This document shows, piece after piece, positions 29,057 to 39,684 of a stretch of 64,000 nt of DNA. Within the stretch, counting starts at the first letter, position 1. The number at the start of each line of letters is the position of its first letter. Origin of the DNA: a virus (taxonomy: Duplodnaviria > Caudoviricetes); the IMG/VR virus record IMGVR_UViG_3300031813_000005, positions 32,001 to 96,000 of that record; one strand, given 5' to 3'. A model generated the notes under the pieces. The model did not search any database. It was given only the letters and a program-made list of their open reading frames with translations, and was not told the origin of the DNA. The translations under genes were made by a program, and so were the position numbers.

Positions 29057-29309
29057 TCAGTTAACAATAAAAGAGTTTTCTGATATTTTAGAAAAACACC
29101 ACAATGTGTTTTCTATTGACGATATAATATATGATAATATATTATATTGTGGAAATGATAACTTATATTTTTCGTATTGCTTTAATTACGTAACTGGAAA
29201 AGCAACGTCTGAAGCTCTTTTTATAGTTGAAACTATTACAAAACTCTCTGATTTGTCTTATTGTATTAAGACTTCTACATCAGAGAGTTTTGTTTTTTTA
29301 AAGGAATAA
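29013..29309 (+). CDS. Hypothetical protein (TTG start uncertain)
   Basis: Fills the gap between neighbours; no ATG. Confidence 0.5.
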   Translation: MSKLKLISKTSNHSNQLTIKEFSDILEKHHNVFSIDDIIYDNILYCGNDNLYFSYCFNYVTGKATSEALFIVETITKLSDLSYCIKTSTSESFVFLKE

Positions 29310-29312
29310 TTA

Positions 29313-29687
29313 ATGAGTAAAAGGTCAAAACGAATGTTTAACAACATGTATGAAAATGATGTTTTAGACTTGGATACTATTGAGGACTTGGAAGAGATAT
29401 TACCGATTAAAGAAAATAAAGCAATAAGAAAGAGAAAAGAAAAGGTTATAAATCAAGGAAAGTCGTCGTCAGAAATAAAACCTCTAACAAAACCAGTAAA
29501 CGCAACATGTAATAAATGTAATTCTGGTATTGTTGGTGATTTAGTTGGAGATATCTATATGCCATTAGCAGATAAAATAATGCCATTAATTACTTATACT
29601 TGCTCGTCTTGTGGACATATAGGAAGAAGAAGTGTGCTTTCTTTGGCCCTACCTTTAGACCAATATGAAAAAAAGTTCTTCAATTAA
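29313..29687 (+). CDS. Zn-ribbon protein
   Basis: CNKC ... CSSC; AAGGA SD. Confidence 0.65.
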   Translation: MSKRSKRMFNNMYENDVLDLDTIEDLEEILPIKENKAIRKRKEKVINQGKSSSEIKPLTKPVNATCNKCNSGIVGDLVGDIYMPLADKIMPLITYTCSSCGHIGRRSVLSLALPLDQYEKKFFN

Positions 29688-29691
29688 CTTT

Positions 29692-30144
29692 ATGAAAAAC
29701 AAAATCCCAACTACAGGCGATGTATATAAATTACACAATAACAGGCTTTGCGTAGTTGGCAATTCCGTTACACTCGATTCTTTAGTCTTATATAATATAT
29801 TACCAGTAAGTACGGCAATATATATGGCAAGCGATAAAGATTTCCTTATAATAGAAGATGAGATTTTTCAAAAAGAAACGGTAATGGTAGAAACTTGGAA
29901 TAGTTTGGCCGTACCAATAGAATTTTTTAATTCTGTTAAACTTAAAGGCAGATTAGGAGATAAGTATATACGCTATCTATCTTCATATATATACTTTTCT
30001 TTACAGAACAGAAGAAACGATAATCTAATTGTACTTACAGGTCCGCCGCTTTCTTCAAGTTCTGATATAAGATGGTTATTTAGACAAATGGAAGTAAAAG
30101 AGTTTCACGAACTTCGAAAAACATTAATAAGCATTTCTGGGTAA
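29692..30144 (+). CDS. Hypothetical protein, possible PemK/MazF-like SH3 fold
   Basis: P..GDVY ... RLCVV ... LPVST ... GRL pattern. Start reassigned to ATG 29692 (AATTAACT-TT-ATG). Confidence 0.4.
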   Translation: MKNKIPTTGDVYKLHNNRLCVVGNSVTLDSLVLYNILPVSTAIYMASDKDFLIIEDEIFQKETVMVETWNSLAVPIEFFNSVKLKGRLGDKYIRYLSSYIYFSLQNRRNDNLIVLTGPPLSSSSDIRWLFRQMEVKEFHELRKTLISISG

Positions 30145-30147
30145 TTT

Positions 30148-30486
30148 ATGTCCGTAACATTTACTAAAAAACATTATACTTGTTCTATGTGTCAAAATAC
30201 TGATTATGAGCTTTTTGCTATCGCAAAGACTTCTGATATTTCTTCTGGCTATCCATTAAGTTCTATACCACAAAACATTAAAGATGGTGGTATATACGTA
30301 GAAATCCTTGTTAGAGACGATTATGGTATAGTTATTACAAGGAAAGTAGAAGAAAAATTATGTTCAGCTTGCGGACAAGCAACCCTTATAGCACATAAAA
30401 AAGATAACGAAACACCAGTTCTCAACTTTTATCCTCAAACAGAAGCGCATAAATGGTTAGACGGTCTCGGAAAAGCTGGTCTATAA
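30148..30486 (+). CDS. Zn-binding hypothetical protein
   Basis: CSMC ... CSAC. Confidence 0.65.
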   Translation: MSVTFTKKHYTCSMCQNTDYELFAIAKTSDISSGYPLSSIPQNIKDGGIYVEILVRDDYGIVITRKVEEKLCSACGQATLIAHKKDNETPVLNFYPQTEAHKWLDGLGKAGL

Positions 30487-30490
30487 TACT

Positions 30491-30498
30491 AATTAAGT
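30491..30498 (+). promoter_or_regulatory. Late promoter motif AATTAAGT (giant protein operon)
   Basis: Intergenic, AATTAAGT-TT-A. Confidence 0.65.
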
Positions 30499-30529
30499 TT
30501 AGTATAAATATGTAAATTGAGGATTTAAA

Positions 30530-33500
30530 ATGTCAAATCGCTTAAAGTTGTTTAGTAATATGTCTGGCATGCAGAAAAGAGTTTCTGATATTCAAGAAGC
30601 TAAAAAGTCTGCTGGAACACAGGGATATGAAATGTATAGAAGTTCTCATATTAAAACCTATGAAGACCTTCAAACAGAGTATAACAACAAGAAAAAAGCT
30701 ATACAAGATAAAATTAGCGAATATGAGACTAATACAAAAATTCCAGACGCTGTAAGAAAAAATAAAATAAAGAAATTAGAATCTGAATTAGAAGCTCTTG
30801 TTTTCGAATATGAGGGCGGAACCGAAAAAAGTGGTTATTTTCAAGGTAAATTAGAAAAAGCTAAACGAAAAGCCTCTGGAGCGGAGAAACATACTCGCGG
30901 TAGAAAAGCCCAAGAAACTACAGAAATAATAAAAAATCTAAATAAGAGTACTAATCCTCTTGTTGTTCCAGTAAAAACTTCAGATGCTGGTCCTGGCCAA
31001 CTTACCTTTACAGATATGCTTTCTATCGCAAGTAGAGATATTGATATAAGTGATGAAGGAAGTAAAGACCTGATTGCTTATAGAGACTCTGTAGATGGTA
31101 TTAATAAACTAATAAACAACTGTTTAAAGATATTTTTACGAAAAACAAATAGAAGCAATCCAATTTTTTCAGATAAAACAGTCGAAAAACTTTTCGGCAT
31201 TATTAGACCAGATGATATAACAGTTGGCAGAATTGAAACAAATCCTGACCTTATAAAGCTTGTTTGGTTATATTTAAACAGCGAAGATACCTTTAATTTA
31301 GCTAAACAAAGAGAGCCATTCATAGCAGCATTAACAAAGCAAGAGACCAAGAATAAAAAAAGTATTACCAATCCTATAGAAACAGCCACTTCTGTAGAAG
31401 ATTTAATATCTTCAGATGCTGTTAGAACTGTTTTTTCTTACTTAAAACAATTCATAGAAAAAGATAGAAATGCTCCAGCTAATGCTAAAGAATACTTAAA
31501 ACAAAGAGTAGAAACAATTATAAATACTCCAGATGCGATATATAATGGGTTTTCTACATCTACATCGGAAAATATAGCTGACACTATTTATTACAATTTT
31601 ATATCAGCTTTCGGTTCTCCAGAAGACCAAGTTTTATTATTAAAGCGCAGCGGAGTTGTGGGAGAAAACGGATTAAAGGGCTTACAAACTTCTAAATTCT
31701 TATCCAAAGAAGCTCTTGATGCCTTAAATCTAAAAATAAAACAACTAACAAACGAAAAAGAAGAGTTTAAACCACTACCCTCTGCCGGAAGACAAGTAGA
31801 GTGGGGAATTGGTGCCAGAAACGTAAATAAAACCTATGAAAAGTATCGTGGTGGAAAGATGCTTTCTGCTTTAGGGGGTAAATTTTTACGTCCTGTCAAT
31901 TTAACAGATTTAGAAAAAGAAGAAGTTGATGCTATTGTTGGTCAAGTTTTTGAAGATATCTCTTCTTCAATACAAGAAAAGAAACCAGAATTAGAACAAA
32001 AAATAAAAAATTTAGAAGAAAAAGTAAGAACTCTTTCTACACCATCAGCTGATATGATTTCAGAACGAGCTAATGAAATTCTTCAACACGAATTTGATAA
32101 TTCTGGTTTATCGCATACAGAAGCTACAGAGAAGTGGCGCAATATATTAAAAGCTACTACAGATGAAGATAAAGCTGAATTAAGCCGATTAAATCAAGAA
32201 GTCAGCAAAGAACTTGTGTTTGAACTATCATTAGCGAAATCTGCTTTATCTTCAGCTAAAGAAGAGTTAGCAAGTTATGTATCAGGGTCTAAAAAAGATA
32301 TAAAAGATTTATTTTTAAATCAAACTTCAGATAGTGAATTTTTATCTAAACTAAAAGATATTTTTATAAGCAGGCTTTCTTTTATCTCAAGTGATATTAA
32401 AGTTCAAATAGATAAATTAGAAAAGCAATCTGAAAAATTAAAATCTTTACCAACAGCTGAACGTAATAAAGAAGGTGAATTTAAAACAAACAAATTTGAT
32501 GAAGAAGCAAAGTTGCTGAAAAATGTATTAAAATCAGCAGAAGAGAGTGTTTTTGCTATACTTGAAACTTTTAATTCTTTACAAACAGAAGATTTAGAAC
32601 ATTTAAAAATGTTATTTGTGGCATCTAATGTTCCAGAGCAGGAAGAAAAACCAACACCTAATTTACGACCCTTAAAACTAATAATTAACCCTTTATTAGA
32701 AGCCTTAAAAAAGTATGAAAATCAAGCTCCTGGTACTGTAGAAAAAGATTTAACAGAGATTAATTTAGAAAAGAAAATAAAGAAAATCAGAGAAGCTATA
32801 GAACAAGTTAATAAAGATTTATTAACATCAGAAGAAGATAGTGATGAAGTTTTACAAAATGAGCTTAAAGGACTTACAGCAAGGTTTAACGAAGCCCAAA
32901 AAGAGCTAAATGACTATAGAGAAGAGCTTAATAAAATGGGAGTTGTTGTTAAAACTGCTGGAAACAAGCGATTAGCTAACGTTCTTTCTGTTAGGCTTCA
33001 AAAATTATCTGACAGCATGGACCCTATTGCCTTAAAAAGTGTTTTAGACAAAGTTCCAACAGATGTTTTTAAGTATTTAGACAAGTCTTTATACGATAAG
33101 ACAATAAATGCGTTGAATTCTATTTTAGATACCCAACAAGTAGAGAAAAGTGTTGAATGGAAATCTCGCGTAAGAAGTGCTTTATCAACTCTTTCACATT
33201 ACGCAAACTCCGCACAGTTTAAAGAAGATGAAACCAGAAAAAAGGCTATGTCGCTCATAGCCGCACCCTTTGTTTCTGAATTAGAAGATATATCTAATTA
33301 TTCAGAACCAGAGCTTGCTGAAGGTGAAGATTATAACGACGAAAAGGTTCAAAAAGACCGTATAGATGCTTTAAAGAAGCATATACAAAAACTTACTTTG
33401 ACTAATAAACCAGCAGCCTCCGCTAAAAAATTATTACGCAAAAAAGAAAAATTAGCAAAAAAGGCATTAAGTCATCTCTCTATTCAACCTGGGTCCGCTC

Positions 33501-36500
33501 TTGTTGGAGAAGCCATAACTGTTCAAGAAGAAGCTTTATCAGATATTTTCTTAAACAATGCTAAAAATTTAGATAAAAATGCGAAAGTATTTTATACTAA
33601 CATATTAAATTTTGTAAAAGAAACTAATATGTCAGAACAACTAACAAGTAAAAATAATCTATTTTCAAGCGAAAACCAAGAATTTTTAGATGGTATTGTT
33701 AGATTATTAATCCAATATAAACAAAAACTTTCTACTGATATTTCCGCATCTGAATTAGAGAACAATTTATTTTTAGATAATCTAATAAATAAAGATAAAA
33801 TTTCTTTAGAGAAGGGAACACCAGGAGAGCAAAAAAAAGCTCTTGCTGATGAGGAGCAACAAAGACTTGAAGCAGAAAAGGAAGCTTCATTAACTCCAGA
33901 AGAAAAAGAAGCTTTACATGTTGATAGGATTTCTAAAAACCAAATAGCTGACATAGCAGGTAATGAAGTAATATCTGGTATATTAAATAGTGATGGTTTT
34001 AAAATGTTTGTATCAAATCTGAATAAAGCTATAGAAGATAAAACTATTTGGTATGAAAAGAAAATTATTAATGCCCCAATAGTAGCTGGGTTAGGGTTAA
34101 GAAGTGCTACATTATTAAATATAATGGCAGGTATCAAAAACTTTACCTCAATAGAAGCGTTTGATTTGTCTTTAAACAGAAAAAACAAAAACATACTTTC
34201 TGGGCTATTAGATATTGCTAATTATCCTAAACTATTTACAAGCCACACTTCTACAAGTTTAATGATGAAGTTATTTTTCTTAATGAGGTTAAAGACAGCA
34301 GTAGAAAAAGCTGATGTAATTAACAGTTTTTCTGGTGATTTTATTTCTGTTAAAGTTAAAGTAGACCAAGAAGATACAACACCAACTATAGAAAGTATTA
34401 TAGCTAATGTAAAAAATCTAAATACTATTTTTGAACAGTCTGTTCTATCAGAGCTTAAAACTGATTTTAGTCCCGGTGGAACTTTAGATTCGCAAATAGA
34501 TGATACTTTTGATTTATTATGGGAAGTAATAGAAGCTTCTGGTGGAAATCTTTACTCTATAAATCAATCTACCGGTTCTATAGAAGAAATACCAGTTTCT
34601 AAAGAGTCGTTAGAGAATACTGTAAATGAAGAGGGAAAAAACTGCGTTGCTATATTCTCTTCTGGTTTAATTAAAAAAGACCCAGCTCTTGAAAATATGC
34701 TACTTTTGTTCGACAGGTCAAGAGAAAATGATTTAATACTACAACTCAAGAATGCTATATCAATTGTTAAAACTGGTATTAACTTTTGGGTTGGTTATGA
34801 GGCTTTGAAAGCTATAAGTGAAGAACAATTATATAACAAAGAAACGAAAGAATTCGATTCTGTAGAATTTAATCGTAGATTAAAAGAATTCAAGGGTAAT
34901 GGTAAATATGTTGCCTTTGTTAATCCATTTAAAACAGAACAAGATGTTTTAGAAACAACCGATGAAACGGGAAAAACATCGCAGATAAAATTAGGAACTT
35001 TTACTACCTCTAAAACTGAAGAAGGTACAAAAGGAGCAGTTAATAATTTAAATGATAATTTCTTATCTGCTTTTACAAGCGAGTTTATTTGGGAAACTAT
35101 CAAAAAGCCACTAAAAGAAATTGAGAAGCAGGAATTAGAAAAAACAAACACAGATGCTTTAATAGCTGCCGATAAAGATGAAGTTTCTAAAAACGAAACA
35201 CAAAAAGGTAAAAACCAAGTTTTAGAAACCAAGTTTCCAGTCTTCTTTGGCGGTATTTTCAAGAAGCTTGCTGGAAGTTCTTCAGAGAGTATTTTAGATT
35301 TATATACACCAGAAGCAGAGAAAAAAGTAAAACGAAAGCTTGCCAGCGACTTAAAGAAAGCTGAAAAGCTGTTAAATACAGGTGAGAACGTTTCTTTCTC
35401 CCCGATAAACATAGTTCCACATAAAAACGAAAATGGCGAAGAAAGTTTAGGATTAGTAGTAGATATAAAAAAGGGTAATGGATATTTAAACGTTGTTGGA
35501 AGTACTAATAAAGTCGATAGTCTTGGCTTCGGACAAGCGTTAACTACTTTCTCAAACAGTTTAGAAAAAGTTGCTACAATTTTAAGTAGGGTATATTCAA
35601 CCTTACCAGAAACTGTAAAAGAGATAAATGAATATTCTAAATCAATTAAAGATTCTGTCCCTCCAGCAACAGAAGCTGTAAGAGCTATTTTAGACAGCGC
35701 ACATTCAGAAGAAGCTCAAGCATTAGCTTTAGGTAATCTTTCTAAATTACCAGCCATTAAAGCTCCTACAGAGGGTGTAGAAGAATTAACAGAGCCTACA
35801 AAAGCTTATAACGCTGCTTTAAAAGCATTTAGAGATAAAAATAGCCCTTATTATAAAATATATGAATTCGCTGAACTTGCTGCTAATGATATAGACTATA
35901 AAAATATAACTATGTCAGATATTATAGAAGCTTTAAACTCTATATTAAAAGACCCATCAAAACTTACAGGAGTCTCTTTCCCACAAAACTTTGATGAACG
36001 TTCCGATTCTCAACTAAACAGTGGAGAACTATTAACAAAAGAACAGATAGAAAAATATAGTTCTTTATTCTTTACAAGACTTTTTGGTAAAGAAAACGAA
36101 AAAGAAAAGAAATCACAAGAACAAGCTTCTTTTGAAACTATTATAAATATCTTAAATACTATTAAAAAGTCTCTTGGTGAACTAAAAAAGGACGAAACTT
36201 TAGATTCTCGCCAAAAAGAACTTACTAAAAAAATAGAAGATTTAAAAACGCAAAGAACGCAAAAAGAAGAAAACATTGCTACAACAAAAGAAAAAATAAG
36301 TGTTATTTTAACAAAACTCAATAGTAATACAAACGAACCTATAGAAACTCCTCGTATTGCTCCTACCAATCAAGCAACTGTTGGTACTCTTCCTCCAGAA
36401 GAAGTATCTAAAAATATAGGGCAAGAGTTTACTAACGTTCAGGGTCCTATGCCCAACGTATTAAAAACGAGTGTACAACAGCCAGAACAAAAACCAGAAA

Positions 36501-37492
36501 AGGAACAAGTTTTTCCAGATCCTTCTTGGAATTGGCTGACAGACCCCAATAAAAAGAAATTAAAAGAAAATAATGAAATAGACTTAAATCAGGAATTACA
36601 AAAAAATAAACAAAATATATTTAATAGAGAACAAGATATATTAGATATAGATAATCAAATAGTAGAAATAGAAAAACTCATAGCTGCTCATACAGAAAAG
36701 AAGACAAATGTTGCTATGGTTGTCTATTTAGCTTCTTTATATGAAAAAGCAATAGCTGCCTTTAATGAAGTTAATGAAAAAATTAAAAAAACAAGTATAG
36801 AAAAAATTAAAGCCTCTATTTATGAATTTGAATTCAAACCTATTAAACAAGGTGTTTCAGCTGTTATAGCTTTCATAAAGCAATTAAAGACCAGTTCTGG
36901 TTCTGATTTAGCAGACGATATATTAAATAAGTTCGAATCTTTTGAAACTAACTACATTAAAACTTTTAAAATTCAAAAAACTGAACTGAAAGAATCCGTT
37001 TCTATTAAAGCTGTAAATGCCTTTAAAAAGCTGTTAGAGGCTGCTGAAGAACAAGAACCCATAGAAGAACCTTCAGTTGAAGAATTAGGAAAACCAATTT
37101 TTGATAAATCTACATTAACAGAGTCTGACTACCTTCTAAAAATGGCTAAATACTTGAAAGAAAAAGAATATGTAAATACAGTAGAGGATTGGAAAATTGT
37201 AGGCAAGCCTGGAGAAGTTTATGATGGTGTTCAAACAGCTGTACAAATGGCTTGTATGCTCCATTTCATAGGCGAGACAAAAGGCAGTGTTTATAGTAGT
37301 GCTTTTAAAGACTTAAAAACAAGTTTAAATAGTAAATTATGTTTTGGTTTTACTGTAGCTCCTATAATAGATGATAAAACAAGAGAACCTTTATATGTAC
37401 AATTAACTAAATTAGATATAGTAAGTAAAGTTGCCAGCAATGACGAAATGACAATAGTTAGTATATTACATCCAGAACTATTACAAGAGTAA
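30530..37492 (+). CDS. Giant (2320 aa) coiled-coil-rich protein, putative internal virion protein
   Basis: Long ORF with late motif at 30491-30498 and GAGGA SD; Glu/Lys-rich helices; LKE and LLE sites near the C-terminus. Confidence 0.6.
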   Translation: MSNRLKLFSNMSGMQKRVSDIQEAKKSAGTQGYEMYRSSHIKTYEDLQTEYNNKKKAIQDKISEYETNTKIPDAVRKNKIKKLESELEALVFEYEGGTEKSGYFQGKLEKAKRKASGAEKHTRGRKAQETTEIIKNLNKSTNPLVVPVKTSDAGPGQLTFTDMLSIASRDIDISDEGSKDLIAYRDSVDGINKLINNCLKIFLRKTNRSNPIFSDKTVEKLFGIIRPDDITVGRIETNPDLIKLVWLYLNSEDTFNLAKQREPFIAALTKQETKNKKSITNPIETATSVEDLISSDAVRTVFSYLKQFIEKDRNAPANAKEYLKQRVETIINTPDAIYNGFSTSTSENIADTIYYNFISAFGSPEDQVLLLKRSGVVGENGLKGLQTSKFLSKEALDALNLKIKQLTNEKEEFKPLPSAGRQVEWGIGARNVNKTYEKYRGGKMLSALGGKFLRPVNLTDLEKEEVDAIVGQVFEDISSSIQEKKPELEQKIKNLEEKVRTLSTPSADMISERANEILQHEFDNSGLSHTEATEKWRNILKATTDEDKAELSRLNQEVSKELVFELSLAKSALSSAKEELASYVSGSKKDIKDLFLNQTSDSEFLSKLKDIFISRLSFISSDIKVQIDKLEKQSEKLKSLPTAERNKEGEFKTNKFDEEAKLLKNVLKSAEESVFAILETFNSLQTEDLEHLKMLFVASNVPEQEEKPTPNLRPLKLIINPLLEALKKYENQAPGTVEKDLTEINLEKKIKKIREAIEQVNKDLLTSEEDSDEVLQNELKGLTARFNEAQKELNDYREELNKMGVVVKTAGNKRLANVLSVRLQKLSDSMDPIALKSVLDKVPTDVFKYLDKSLYDKTINALNSILDTQQVEKSVEWKSRVRSALSTLSHYANSAQFKEDETRKKAMSLIAAPFVSELEDISNYSEPELAEGEDYNDEKVQKDRIDALKKHIQKLTLTNKPAASAKKLLRKKEKLAKKALSHLSIQPGSALVGEAITVQEEALSDIFLNNAKNLDKNAKVFYTNILNFVKETNMSEQLTSKNNLFSSENQEFLDGIVRLLIQYKQKLSTDISASELENNLFLDNLINKDKISLEKGTPGEQKKALADEEQQRLEAEKEASLTPEEKEALHVDRISKNQIADIAGNEVISGILNSDGFKMFVSNLNKAIEDKTIWYEKKIINAPIVAGLGLRSATLLNIMAGIKNFTSIEAFDLSLNRKNKNILSGLLDIANYPKLFTSHTSTSLMMKLFFLMRLKTAVEKADVINSFSGDFISVKVKVDQEDTTPTIESIIANVKNLNTIFEQSVLSELKTDFSPGGTLDSQIDDTFDLLWEVIEASGGNLYSINQSTGSIEEIPVSKESLENTVNEEGKNCVAIFSSGLIKKDPALENMLLLFDRSRENDLILQLKNAISIVKTGINFWVGYEALKAISEEQLYNKETKEFDSVEFNRRLKEFKGNGKYVAFVNPFKTEQDVLETTDETGKTSQIKLGTFTTSKTEEGTKGAVNNLNDNFLSAFTSEFIWETIKKPLKEIEKQELEKTNTDALIAADKDEVSKNETQKGKNQVLETKFPVFFGGIFKKLAGSSSESILDLYTPEAEKKVKRKLASDLKKAEKLLNTGENVSFSPINIVPHKNENGEESLGLVVDIKKGNGYLNVVGSTNKVDSLGFGQALTTFSNSLEKVATILSRVYSTLPETVKEINEYSKSIKDSVPPATEAVRAILDSAHSEEAQALALGNLSKLPAIKAPTEGVEELTEPTKAYNAALKAFRDKNSPYYKIYEFAELAANDIDYKNITMSDIIEALNSILKDPSKLTGVSFPQNFDERSDSQLNSGELLTKEQIEKYSSLFFTRLFGKENEKEKKSQEQASFETIINILNTIKKSLGELKKDETLDSRQKELTKKIEDLKTQRTQKEENIATTKEKISVILTKLNSNTNEPIETPRIAPTNQATVGTLPPEEVSKNIGQEFTNVQGPMPNVLKTSVQQPEQKPEKEQVFPDPSWNWLTDPNKKKLKENNEIDLNQELQKNKQNIFNREQDILDIDNQIVEIEKLIAAHTEKKTNVAMVVYLASLYEKAIAAFNEVNEKIKKTSIEKIKASIYEFEFKPIKQGVSAVIAFIKQLKTSSGSDLADDILNKFESFETNYIKTFKIQKTELKESVSIKAVNAFKKLLEAAEEQEPIEEPSVEELGKPIFDKSTLTESDYLLKMAKYLKEKEYVNTVEDWKIVGKPGEVYDGVQTAVQMACMLHFIGETKGSVYSSAFKDLKTSLNSKLCFGFTVAPIIDDKTREPLYVQLTKLDIVSKVASNDEMTIVSILHPELLQE

Positions 37493-37493
37493 A

Positions 37494-39683
37494 ATGAGTA
37501 AAACACCATTAGCAGACAAAATTCATAATTTTCTAATTGTATTAGAAAAACTATCTTTGGATAAAACCCTTGATACTGGGTTAGATACATCAAACGCTAC
37601 AAAAAATTGGACGCAATCTGGACAAGATTTTGATAAGTTTTTTGGTTTAGATGCCTTTAATAAAACTTATGGTGGCGATGCTAACAAAATAAATATGTCT
37701 GTTTATAACTCACCAGAAGCTAAAAATTTTAGTAATAAACTTGGTGCTCTTTTGTTTGGCGAGCAATTAAGGAAGCATAATGTCTCTCCTGTATGGGTTA
37801 AACAATGTCAAGCGGCTTCAGAAAACATAAACCCTTATATATGGAGAACTCAAGAGGAGTCTCCAAGATTATTAAATGAAGCTACCGTTCAAATGAGCTT
37901 ACACAACAAAGATTTTTATAGGCTTGATAAAATTTCTGGAACATTATTTACAAGAAATCCAAAGTTTCCAGATAATTATTATTTTGCCGTTGCTAACCCA
38001 TTTAAATTAGGTTCCTTACTATATAGCCAACTTGGACAACCACCAAGACCTGGAATAGAAGCTTCAGCGGCAATTCAAAATTATTTAGGAGCTTTTTATA
38101 AGATTTGTATGGAAGAAGCTATAAATAATGTAAGTTCTTTTACTAAAAACGAAGATAACCTTGCCGCTCTCGGAATGTTAAAGTCTTTAGATTTGGGCCA
38201 ATTGCCTGTAATAATTTATAATTCTCTTATTTTAGGTATTACTGACGCAGCTAACACTAATATACGTAAAAAAACAGAAAGAGAAGTAGCGAAAGGGTAT
38301 GAAAGATTTGGTGCGGTTTCGTTACAACCAACAGAAGCAGCTTTAATGGCTTTAAGTTCTCTAATAAATGCTTCTTTTTTAAACTCAGAAGCGGAACCAG
38401 CAATTTTACCAGAAACTATAAAACAAGGAATGATTACAGCTCTTGCTTCTGTACAAAACGCCCCACCCGTATATGACCCTGAATTTATTAAAGCGCTTAA
38501 AGAAGCTTTAGAGCATAAAAAAATTAATATACCAAAAACATTATCTTCAACAGCTACAGTTATTTATTTCATGGCTTCACAGATTGTTAACCAAATAACA
38601 AAACTTATTTCAGCTACTGTCCAAAGAGATATAGAACCAGATTTATATTTTGGTCAACTTGGCTATGGAAAACCTGGAGAAAGAAGCAAGCAATTAGAAA
38701 GTTTAGCTGGAGCCTCTCTTTTAACAGACTCTCTTGTTATAGGAGTAATCAGAGCTACAGTTAATCCAACAAACTCTCCAGGAGAAAACATAGTATTCGC
38801 TATTGAACCCTGTATAATAACAGAAAAGAAAGGTAAAAGAGAGCTTGCTCCTTTAAAACCAGTAGGAATACCGAGTTTGGTACATAATTTTATAGCTAAC
38901 GATATAGAAAAAAACAGCATTGTTAAAAAAGAAGATTATATACAGCGTTTTCACCAAATTAACTATTCTACAGCTATTCAAAATGCTATCTATGGAGAAC
39001 CTTATTGGCAAGCTGTTTTAAGAACCTGTTTAAATGATTTTAAAATAACAGAAAATATGAGCGGCTCTGGAACGTTTAATGAGGGTGTTTTATTTGTAAT
39101 TCTACCAAGATTATTTTTTGACAAGGCAGCTAATAATCAAGAAATATATATTCCAAAAGTAAAACTTTCTGGTAGAATAAAAGTATCTTTTGTAGATAAT
39201 AATAACAATGATACAGATATAGAAGACCCAGAACCAATTTCAAAAGCTGTTCAAATTATGGTTGGTAGAGTACAAGAAACTTCTAATAGCGGAAGTAGAT
39301 TTTTAAGACTATCAGACGAACAGATAGAAAAAAGAACTTTAAAACTTATATCACAATACCCATTACAATCATTATCAGAACTACGAGAAGAACTCTTACA
39401 AAAGTTATACCAATTAGAAAACTCATATCAAACTAATCTTGATGATATTTTAGATGATGAGAATATAGGTGAAATAAAAATACTAATAAGCAATATAGTT
39501 AATGGTTTCTGGTCTATGGATGGCGGAAAAACCTTTGCTGGCTTTAATCCCTGGGCAGAAAAAGATAGCGGAAAAATTAACGTAACGTACAGATTAGGTT
39601 CGTGGAATACATCAAAAGCACAACAAACTGCTTATGTAGCAAAAGAACTTTCAAATCTTTTAAATAAAGATAATAACCCATAA
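37494..39683 (+). CDS. Hypothetical 729-aa protein, putative virion protein
   Basis: Coupled to the giant ORF; LLNE/A site. Confidence 0.6.
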   Translation: MSKTPLADKIHNFLIVLEKLSLDKTLDTGLDTSNATKNWTQSGQDFDKFFGLDAFNKTYGGDANKINMSVYNSPEAKNFSNKLGALLFGEQLRKHNVSPVWVKQCQAASENINPYIWRTQEESPRLLNEATVQMSLHNKDFYRLDKISGTLFTRNPKFPDNYYFAVANPFKLGSLLYSQLGQPPRPGIEASAAIQNYLGAFYKICMEEAINNVSSFTKNEDNLAALGMLKSLDLGQLPVIIYNSLILGITDAANTNIRKKTEREVAKGYERFGAVSLQPTEAALMALSSLINASFLNSEAEPAILPETIKQGMITALASVQNAPPVYDPEFIKALKEALEHKKINIPKTLSSTATVIYFMASQIVNQITKLISATVQRDIEPDLYFGQLGYGKPGERSKQLESLAGASLLTDSLVIGVIRATVNPTNSPGENIVFAIEPCIITEKKGKRELAPLKPVGIPSLVHNFIANDIEKNSIVKKEDYIQRFHQINYSTAIQNAIYGEPYWQAVLRTCLNDFKITENMSGSGTFNEGVLFVILPRLFFDKAANNQEIYIPKVKLSGRIKVSFVDNNNNDTDIEDPEPISKAVQIMVGRVQETSNSGSRFLRLSDEQIEKRTLKLISQYPLQSLSELREELLQKLYQLENSYQTNLDDILDDENIGEIKILISNIVNGFWSMDGGKTFAGFNPWAEKDSGKINVTYRLGSWNTSKAQQTAYVAKELSNLLNKDNNP

Positions 39684-39684
39684 C

